Shown: positions 32,845-38,952 of the stretch, one piece after another
How the letters are laid out: each line of letters starts with the position of its first letter
How positions within the stretch are numbered: position 1 is the stretch's first letter
Source: Pseudomonadota bacterium
GTDB taxonomy: Bacteria; Pseudomonadota; Gammaproteobacteria; Burkholderiales; Burkholderiaceae_D
Assembly (NCBI GenBank): GCA_040390915.1
Contig: JAZJXM010000005.1
Span: 23,343 to 87,342, forward strand
Length of the DNA stretch: 64,000 nt
Direction of reading: 5' to 3'
The notes under the pieces: generated by a model
Database searches by the model: none
The model's input: the letters and a program-made list of their open reading frames with translations, nothing else
What the model was told of the DNA's origin: nothing
Translations under genes and position numbers: made by a program

Positions 32845-32885
32845 TCTTTAATTCCAAGAAGCTTAATTAAAGAATTCTTTAATTA
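32845..32885. promoter_or_regulatory. AT-only palindrome cluster upstream of the Rrf2 gene (candidate operator)
   Basis: TCTTTAATT-N11-AATTAAAGA-AT-TCTTTAATT. Positions 32864-32885 form a perfect 22-bp palindrome TAATTAAAGAATTCTTTAATTA, 80-120 nt upstream of the Rrf2 start. Confidence 0.3.
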
Positions 32886-32907
32886 TCGTCCAGATTAAAT
32901 GCAATTC

Positions 32908-32955
32908 ACTGGAGCGGGTGAAGGGAATCGAACCCTCGTCGTACGCTTTGGAAGC
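32908..32955 (-). repeat. Duplicated 3' half of tRNA-Gly (distal att repeat of the islet)
   Basis: 32908-32943 is identical to 37483-37518. The match continues to 32955/37530 with 2 mismatches. Confidence 0.85.
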
Positions 32956-32994
32956 AGCTAACGAATTTCAGCAAGCGCAGGGGCTGCTCGCGCG

Positions 32995-33075
32995 TTTCTG
33001 CTCCGCAAAGTGTTGAAAACGGTGAAATGGCTCGCCCGTGCCAGTGGCGCAGACAGTCGTTTTGCGGAGCAGAAA
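32995..33075. repeat. 15-bp perfect inverted repeat enclosing 51 nt at the islet edge
   Basis: TTTCTGCTCCGCAAA (32995-33009) is the reverse complement of TTTGCGGAGCAGAAA (33061-33075). Confidence 0.6.
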
Positions 33076-33116
33076 ACGACGCTGCTACCTTGCAGATGCG
33101 GCTGCCATCAATTGCA

Positions 33117-33818
33117 CTACACCGCCATGCGCTCAGCCTCTGGGTACAGATGCGGGAACAACATGCTCAGCGAGTCTAGCGGCAAACCGAATCGAACTGG
33201 TCCGTATGCTGAATCACTGATGAGCAAATGGTCTGCAAGCAGTTTCGCGAGCAGCATGCGCGCACTTCGCTCCGCCATTCCTGTCATCTGGGCAAACTCC
33301 CCTCGCGTCACCGGACCGAGCCCGAACACATGGACCAGAGGAAGAATCGCTTCACGCTTGATGGCTTTGTCCTGTGTCCAGCGAAAGATGATCAGCGCCT
33401 CAATGCGCTGTCTTATCCCATCCAATGCCAGCATTCTGGACATGTAGGAAACCTGGTCCTCGCAAATGCCCAGGAAGTACTTGACCCATTCAAGCAGCCC
33501 CGCAGCGCTCAAGTTCCCCCGTCCGTCCAGGTCGCCACGCCGCAGAGCATCGGCGTTGTGTAACGCTGTGTAGTAAGCGTGGGTCGATCTTGCGAACCCA
33601 CGACTAGGCGACCACAGCCCTTCCGATAGCTTCCACAGCGCGCAATGGCTTTGAAGCCGCGTCGCGCGACCGTTGCCATCCAAAAAAGGATAAACCCAGG
33701 CGACCCGTTGATGAGCGCACGCAGTCGCCACCAGCACGCGCTCCCAGCCACGCGCTTTGCCGTAGACGGAATCCATCTTCTCCAGGAATGCCGGCAGCGA
33801 TGCTGCGACAGGGGGCAC
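33117..33818 (-). pseudogene. Fic-family protein, N-terminally truncated, with degenerate Fic motif
   Basis: AHQRVAWVYPFLDGNGRATRL corresponds to HxFx(D/E)GNGRxxR with the catalytic His replaced by Tyr. The ORF starts where full-length Fic proteins are about 120-140 aa in. The C-terminus is wHTH-like. Confidence 0.55.
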
Positions 33819-33929
33819 ATGCTTGCCTAGCAGAAATGGAGATCGTCACGAATGGCAAGACACATAAAACGGTCATTCACTCTCTGAGGCCGGTCGATAT
33901 CGCTAAAGTTCCTGCGGGCGTCACGAAAA

Positions 33930-34127
33930 ATGTCGCCGCATAAGCGGGACGTTAAATTCATCGTGCAGGACAAGGAGTCAGCCCTATTTCTCATGCCTGT
34001 TGATGGCGATGTAGGCTTCACTCCTTGGGCGCACGAAGCAGGACGATTCGATGGTTATGCGGAGGCTAGCGACACCGCCGCCCTTAACTGCCATGAGGGA
34101 TATTTCGTTACTCAGGTCTTGCAATAG
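33930..34127 (+). CDS. Hypothetical 65-aa ORF (islet)
   Basis: Track ORF only. No RBS, no recognisable family. Confidence 0.2.
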   Translation: MSPHKRDVKFIVQDKESALFLMPVDGDVGFTPWAHEAGRFDGYAEASDTAALNCHEGYFVTQVLQ

Positions 34128-34150
34128 CTAATAAATTTTACGGAGATATC

Positions 34151-34339
34151 GTGGGACAAGCCAAGAATAGAGGGACACGAGAGCAGCGTTTGGCCGAGGC
34201 CCAACAGCATAGGGAGCCGGATCAATATTTTGGATTCAATCGGTTGCGCACAAAGGATGAATCGCCATACGACCTTCCCGAGGATGCCCTGGTCTGCATG
34301 GCCTCCAATATCGTGGCCGCGAGGCGATCAAGCGGCTAG
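34151..34339 (+). CDS. Hypothetical 62-aa ORF (islet)
   Basis: GTG start with GGAG 7 nt upstream (MGQAKNRGTREQRLAEAQ...). It runs into the integrase stub in another frame. Confidence 0.25.
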   Translation: MGQAKNRGTREQRLAEAQQHREPDQYFGFNRLRTKDESPYDLPEDALVCMASNIVAARRSSG

Positions 34340-34421
34340 TGATCTGCTGGGGCACGACAGCATCAAGACTACTCAACGACACTATCTCAGACGGGGTAAG
34401 ATTGTTGGCTCAACGAAGTGA
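34320..34421 (+). pseudogene. Tyrosine-integrase 3' stub, copy 1
   Basis: Encodes ...RGDQAASDLLGHDSIKTTQRHYLRRGKIVGSTK*, the LGHxxxxxTxxY C-terminal box with the catalytic Tyr. No upstream integrase body. Confidence 0.6.
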
Positions 34422-34449
34422 ACACACAGCTGCTAGGATCGGAAGAATT

Positions 34450-34692
34450 ATGACCTATATTTTGGCGACGACTGAGACACGAGTTCGATGGTACGTCGTC
34501 CCACTGAGGGTGCCTGACGACATTCACTCGCTTGAACCGGGACAGTTCAGTCTTTTGGACCACCTTGACCTAAGTGTTGTGCCTGGCTTCGGCAACAAGA
34601 ACACAGCGAAGCTGGTAGCAAAAGCGATCGGTCTCAAGACCTGGCGTTACGTCAAGTTCGACGGACCGCATCGCGTCTACGAATTGGCATAG
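34450..34692 (+). CDS. Hypothetical 80-aa protein (islet)
   Basis: GGAAG RBS-like sequence. MTYILATTETRVRWYVVPLRVPDD... No family recognised. Confidence 0.35.
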   Translation: MTYILATTETRVRWYVVPLRVPDDIHSLEPGQFSLLDHLDLSVVPGFGNKNTAKLVAKAIGLKTWRYVKFDGPHRVYELA

Positions 34693-34734
34693 GGCATGGC
34701 GGAGGAAATCGAAATCGAAAGGCAGTAAGGAGGT

Positions 34735-34786
34735 CACCGCAACGGTCGAGTACAATCGACAGAGATCGGCCAGAAGCGGACACCGG
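34735..34786 (+). repeat. Islet intergenic repeat, copy A
   Basis: CACCGCAACGGTCGAGTACAATCGACAGAGATCGGCCAGAAGCGGACACCGG. About 40 of 47 positions are shared with copy B. Confidence 0.6.
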
Positions 34787-34984
34787 AAAGACGATGCGTA
34801 CACTTTTGTAGACCTGACAGGGGCGGTGGTATAAAATTGTGCAAGGTGCCCACCTTACTTGCACACGAGTAAAAAAAGGCGTTGCCTCACTCTCACTGAA
34901 AACTTTTCTTTTGAGCCTCGTCGTCGGGGTCTTAAACGTGTGCGCCTGACCCGAAATCGGCGTGGCATTTAGGAAAGGTTTTTC

Positions 34985-36136
34985 ATGACGATCAGAGAAC
35001 TCGCGTACGACGCGCAGCAACACCTTCAGGTCAGCACCAAGAACTTGTTCAAGCGAACCCATGTTTATGAGCTGTTGGCAGCTGCCTTCGGCTTCAAATC
35101 TTACGCCGCATTCGGCGTTGATACCGTATTCACGGAGCTGCGCCCCAACGAAAACCGGGAGCCACCGCAAAGCGCGTTAATAACGCGGCGGTGCATCGAG
35201 CTTGGATATCAACCTGACAAAACAGTTCTTGTTCCGGCTGCGCTGGAATCCTTCTTGTCTCAGCGCCAGATTGGTGTCGCAAGTATTTCGTCGCTAATCC
35301 GCTATCTGCGGGGCGATTCGCTCAGTCAAGACGACTACCTTGCAGGCGACGAAGACAGGCTGTTTGATGACGACCAGGACGATCTATTCAATCCTGCTGG
35401 CAACAGTGGGTTCGGACAGATCTTGGTGGGCGCTCTGGAAGCAGCCGCCAGCAAGGGACATGCCCTGGCCCATTACGCACTGGCGCTGATCAATGCCCCC
35501 GACAATGAAGACGACGAATCTGACCCTGGGAGCTCCTACTGGTACTCCCAGGGCCAACAAGGTCGCTTACTTACCGGGGTGGAAAAGGAATGGGCCGAAG
35601 CGTACGAGGCTCGTCTCACTCGAACAGAAAATTACTTACGCCATCTCCGAGAGGCTGGTCGACTGGGCAATCAGCATGCGCTTCTCGATTTGGCTGACGG
35701 GTTTGACGACCCGTCCTTCTTCGAGCAGTCGCATCGCGACGTTGACGCAGACCCGGCAGCAGTGGCCGCTATCGCCGAGCGCATGGGGCGTTCTGCCGAT
35801 TCCAAGCATTGGTTGACCGTTGCTGCCGAGAGAGGGGACACGGATGCCATGCTCCAGCTCATCGAGGAACACGATCGAGATGATCTGCTCCGTTGCTGGA
35901 TGTGGGTGTATCTCTCGCAGCTAGTGGGAACCGATCTCGCCAAGGACGCGCTCCGCGCGATCCACGAGGACGGTTCTGACTACGATGATGATGTTGGTGG
36001 AACTGTCTATGTCGCTGGTCTCGATGGCGTAAATCTCGATCGACTCAGTACAGAGCAAGACGCCGCTGCCAGGCTTGCCGCACAGGAAGTGTTTGGGAAA
36101 ATGCAGCGAAATGGCGGCCTGAGGCCGCTGCCGTAG
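34985..36136 (+). CDS. Sel1-like repeat protein with unknown N-terminal domain (islet)
   Basis: AGGAAAGG RBS. 383 aa. Helical repeats AAASKGHALAHYALALI, EAGRLGNQHALLDLADGF and AAERGDTDAMLQLIE resemble Sel1/TPR. Contains an acidic linker. Confidence 0.6.
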   Translation: MTIRELAYDAQQHLQVSTKNLFKRTHVYELLAAAFGFKSYAAFGVDTVFTELRPNENREPPQSALITRRCIELGYQPDKTVLVPAALESFLSQRQIGVASISSLIRYLRGDSLSQDDYLAGDEDRLFDDDQDDLFNPAGNSGFGQILVGALEAAASKGHALAHYALALINAPDNEDDESDPGSSYWYSQGQQGRLLTGVEKEWAEAYEARLTRTENYLRHLREAGRLGNQHALLDLADGFDDPSFFEQSHRDVDADPAAVAAIAERMGRSADSKHWLTVAAERGDTDAMLQLIEEHDRDDLLRCWMWVYLSQLVGTDLAKDALRAIHEDGSDYDDDVGGTVYVAGLDGVNLDRLSTEQDAAARLAAQEVFGKMQRNGGLRPLP

Positions 36137-36314
36137 CGTCGGGACGGAGGATATAGCTGCCCAGGTTGTTCCCTCCAGTACCAAACCAGATGGGTGGAAG
36201 CTCCTTTCTCGATGACTCACTTTGTTAAATTGGTAATGCGAACTAAACGATGGCGAGGGGCGGCTTGGCTGCGCGAGCGCCCGTAATGGGGCGGCAGCGG
36301 CCGAGATCGGACCA

Positions 36315-36365
36315 CACCGCAGCCGTCGAGTACAATCGGCGGTTGTCGGCCAAAAGCGGCCCGTC
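36315..36365 (+). repeat. Islet intergenic repeat, copy B
   Basis: CACCGCAGCCGTCGAGTACAATCGGCGGTTGTCGGCCAAAAGCGGCCCGTC. Confidence 0.6.
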
Positions 36366-36380
36366 AAAAAGTGAACTTTA

Positions 36381-36755
36381 ATGAAGTATAAATTAATACG
36401 TGCGATGGCCCACAACTGGTCCCACTCTTTCATGAGTGGTATGAACTATGTGGACGCCGGTTTTGTCTTTGAAGATGTATTTCAGATGGCACGAGAGCGG
36501 CGCGGCGCGAAGGTAATCATTAATTGGATTCCCGCGACATGCGAGGAACTATTCGGCTTTCCTCCACGAGTTAGAAAGTGCGTGTTAGCCTACCGGGCCG
36601 GATTGGCTGAGCATCTAAGCCGTCATAGCATTGATGCTGCAGCGCTCGTTGAATTTCGTACTGAGGTATATGTTGCGGAAAATTTCCGAATGTATGTCCG
36701 CGCCGTCGTTCTCGATGACAGGAAGAAAGAGCACGTGGCATTTGTTTGGAACTAA
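36381..36755 (+). CDS. Hypothetical 124-aa protein (islet)
   Basis: Track ORF MKYKLIRAMAHNWSHSFMSGMNYVD..., on the same strand as its neighbours. No family recognised. Confidence 0.45.
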   Translation: MKYKLIRAMAHNWSHSFMSGMNYVDAGFVFEDVFQMARERRGAKVIINWIPATCEELFGFPPRVRKCVLAYRAGLAEHLSRHSIDAAALVEFRTEVYVAENFRMYVRAVVLDDRKKEHVAFVWN

Positions 36756-36810
36756 GCGATGGTGTCTCGTTGTCGGCTTCCGTCCCAAGCATCGTCAAAT
36801 GGCGGCTGTG

Positions 36811-36840
36811 ACCGCGCAAAATCGGCCACAAGCGGGCTTT
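36811..36840 (+). repeat. Islet intergenic repeat, partial copy C
   Basis: ACCGCGCAAAATCGGCCACAAGCGGGC shares the core (A/G)TCGGCCANAAGCGGNC with copies A and B. Confidence 0.45.
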
Positions 36841-36916
36841 GACCAGCCAGGGGTGAGGAGCTATGTCGCAAGCACCCATACTATATTGCCAATTTGCGAC
36901 CTAAAGGACGATCCAA

Positions 36917-37228
36917 ATGCCGACGATTTCCCACACGCTGGCGGACCTTCAGCAACGAGGCTGGGTTCAAGTAGTTGCCCGTGGCGGCGTTCCCTACGCG
37001 TTTGAGAAGACTGTTTTCGGCGATGTAAATGTCTTGGTCGAAATCACTGAATCTTCTGGACACTTCACAGTGACGGACATCGCTGAACATCGCTGTTCAG
37101 GACCTAATCAGCACGTGGTCGGGCATACCTCCGAGCTTGATTTGGCGCTGAGCATGGTGTTGAGTTGCTGCAAGGACTGGGACGGCTCTGAGTCCGAAAT
37201 TGATCTTTCTAAGTTGACGATAATGTGA
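36917..37228 (+). CDS. Hypothetical 103-aa protein (islet)
   Basis: AAGGA RBS 9 nt upstream. MPTISHTLADLQQRGWVQVVARGG... No family recognised. Confidence 0.45.
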   Translation: MPTISHTLADLQQRGWVQVVARGGVPYAFEKTVFGDVNVLVEITESSGHFTVTDIAEHRCSGPNQHVVGHTSELDLALSMVLSCCKDWDGSESEIDLSKLTIM

Positions 37229-37338
37229 GTTTCGTGTTGACCCAACTGTATGTGACTCCGGCTTCGGATTTCTACCGTCCGCAAAGGGGCGGCAGCCGCC
37301 TTTCGCACGACTTGGGTCAAATTTGGATCGGCGCCAAC

Positions 37339-37416
37339 ACTCTTGGGCACGACAGCATCAGGACCACTCACCGTCACTATCTCAGGCGGGGCAAGATTGT
37401 TAGCTCCACGAAGTGA
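37339..37416 (+). pseudogene. Tyrosine-integrase 3' stub, copy 2 (tRNA-proximal)
   Basis: Encodes TLGHDSIRTTHRHYLRRGKIVSSTK*. The DNA is roughly 85% identical by eye to copy 1. A possible HDL(R) box remnant (SHDLGQ) lies just upstream. It ends 68 nt from the tRNA 3' end. Confidence 0.6.
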
Positions 37417-37484
37417 ATTGGGGAGCACTTCGATTTTTGGGGAGCGGTTGAATCGAGGAAGATTCGCTAACTTATTGATTTTAC

Positions 37485-37558
37485 TGGAGCGGGTGAAGGG
37501 AATCGAACCCTCGTCGTAAGCTTGGGAAGCTTCTGCTCTACCATTGAGCTACACCCGC
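37485..37558 (-). tRNA. tRNA-Gly (anticodon CCC), CCA encoded
   Basis: Reverse complement GCGGGTGTAGCTCAATGGTAGAGCAGAAGCTTCCCAAGCTTACGACGAGGGTTCGATTCCCTTCACCCGCTCCA folds as a cloverleaf: 7-bp acceptor stem, GCTC/GAGC D stem, TTCGATT T loop, anticodon loop TT-CCC-AA. Confidence 0.93.
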
Positions 37559-37567
37559 GATAGCCGC

Positions 37568-37597
37568 ATTCTACGCGGGTTATGACGGGTTTGACAA
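37568..37597 (-). promoter_or_regulatory. Likely sigma-70 promoter of tRNA-Gly
   Basis: Minus strand TTGTCA-18 nt-TAGAAT, ending 9 nt before the mature tRNA 5' end. Confidence 0.45.
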
Positions 37598-37743
37598 ATT
37601 TCAAACCCTGGCAGCGCTGACGGGTGCCTGGGGCCAATCGCGCGCCACCCGGTCATCCGCTCTGTAATATATCAAGCATGGCGTAGCTGCCTGGCGCCTG
37701 TCGAGCCCACCTGATGGAAAATTTCCAGGAAAGGAGTGCCACC

Positions 37744-38142
37744 ATGAAGCTGAACCTCGTCATGGTCCGCTACATCGTCAACGACGTCGATGCCACCATC
37801 TCTTTTTACACGCATCACCTGGGATTTCACGTCACCGCACAAAACGGTCCGTATTTCGCGATACTGGAACGCGATGGCCTGCAGGTGGTGCTCAGTCCGC
37901 CGAAAGGCCCTGGCGGAGGCTCGCAGCCGATGCCCGATGGGCGCAGACCCGAACCGGGCGGATGGAATCGGATCATCTTGCAGAGCAAGCACCTGGAAGC
38001 CGACGTCGAAGCGCTCAAGAAAGCTGGCGTCAAATTTCGCAACCAGATCGTCGAAGGACCGGGTGGCCGGCAGATTTTGCTGGAAGACCCGTCCGGCAAC
38101 CCGGTCGAGTTGTTCGAGCCTGCGCCGGACTCGACCAATTAG
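37744..38142 (+). CDS. VOC (glyoxalase) family protein
   Basis: AAAGGAG RBS. MKLNLVMVRYIVNDVDATISFYTHHLGF...LLEDPSGNPVELFEP. Confidence 0.8.
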   Translation: MKLNLVMVRYIVNDVDATISFYTHHLGFHVTAQNGPYFAILERDGLQVVLSPPKGPGGGSQPMPDGRRPEPGGWNRIILQSKHLEADVEALKKAGVKFRNQIVEGPGGRQILLEDPSGNPVELFEPAPDSTN

Positions 38143-38245
38143 CTTGCGCGCAAATGCAAACCGAGGCTGGGGCGATCAGTCCGAACCTCGGGGGACGTGT
38201 CGGCATGGGTGGCGACGCACCGCGGCAATGGCCGCCGGGACCGCG

Positions 38246-38650
38246 CTAACGCGAACTGACCAGCCGCTCGATCTTGCCCGCATCAACTTGCGCCGAGCGG
38301 TTCGGAACCCGCATCAATACTTCGCCGGTCGTGTCGTTGTTGAGCGTGATCTTTAAATCCCGGTCGAGCGCAACAAACACGTTTGGCTTGGCTGCCACCA
38401 GTTCCTTGCGCTGGTCACTGTCGATCTGGGCATACAAGTGCTGGCCGCGCCGGCTCAAGGTCATCACCGCGCCGTTCGACAAATCATACGTCCCCGTGTA
38501 CTCATCAAAATCCTCGCGGAAGAAGGGGTAAGCACGGGCCGGCAGTTCAATCTGATAGCCGCGTATCCGTACTTCATTGTCCCCAGTGGTCTGTGCTGGC
38601 GTTGCCAGCGCCAGCCCTCCTAATAGCGCAAACAAGATCAAGCGTTTCAT
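38246..38650 (-). CDS. Small secreted protein, paralog 1
   Basis: GGAGG RBS. Signal peptide MKRLILFALLGGLALATPAQT. Shares VRIRGYQIELP...GQHLYA...ELVA...LDRDLKI...RLVSSR with the ORF at 41459..41875. Confidence 0.65.
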   Translation of the reverse strand: MKRLILFALLGGLALATPAQTTGDNEVRIRGYQIELPARAYPFFREDFDEYTGTYDLSNGAVMTLSRRGQHLYAQIDSDQRKELVAAKPNVFVALDRDLKITLNNDTTGEVLMRVPNRSAQVDAGKIERLVSSR

Positions 38651-38952
38651 TTCAACCTCCTTCGGTAAACACGCACTCATCGATGCGGCCAGGTTTGGCG
38701 CAATCATCAGCGGGGTGGAAAAACGCGACCCCACCCTGTCAATATAGGCAGCATTTCGCACCATGGAAGCTGCTTTTTTGATCAGAAACGATTGCGTTGA
38801 AAAAGGCCGTGAAATTTAACGCTGTCGTGATTTTGAGTGAGAATCGCCCGAAAATTGCCGCGACAGCCGGGACAAGACAGTTGTATGATTGGGTTCAAAT
38901 GCGCCGGCAGTGCCCCCGCCCGCTACAGGAACGTTGAAAGATAAATGGCCCT

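Larger units (their letters stand above)
32908..37558. mobile_element. Decayed tRNA-Gly-associated genomic islet (~4.6 kb)
   Basis: Bounded by the tRNA 3'-half direct repeat. The interior is visibly AT-richer. It contains integrase 3' stubs, a truncated Fic gene and orphan ORFs, with no intact recombinase. Confidence 0.65.

Noticed and set aside
33827-34021. 64-aa minus-strand ORF and neighbouring frames as the missing N-terminus of the Fic gene
   Set aside because: The translations show none of the conserved N-terminal Fic features, and the frames cannot be joined by a single frameshift. This is treated as deletion rather than frameshift, with low certainty.
34652-35170. 172-aa minus-strand ORF in the islet overlapping repeat copy A and the start of the Sel1-like gene
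   Set aside because: It overlaps the RBS and 5' end of a better-supported plus-strand gene, has no RBS of its own, and its translation is low-complexity.
34693-36916. Integron gene-cassette array with attC sites
   Set aside because: No intI gene is present (the integrase stubs are phage/P4-like C-termini). The repeats lack the RYYYAAC ... GTTRRRY boundary pair and the imperfect long dyad of attC sites.
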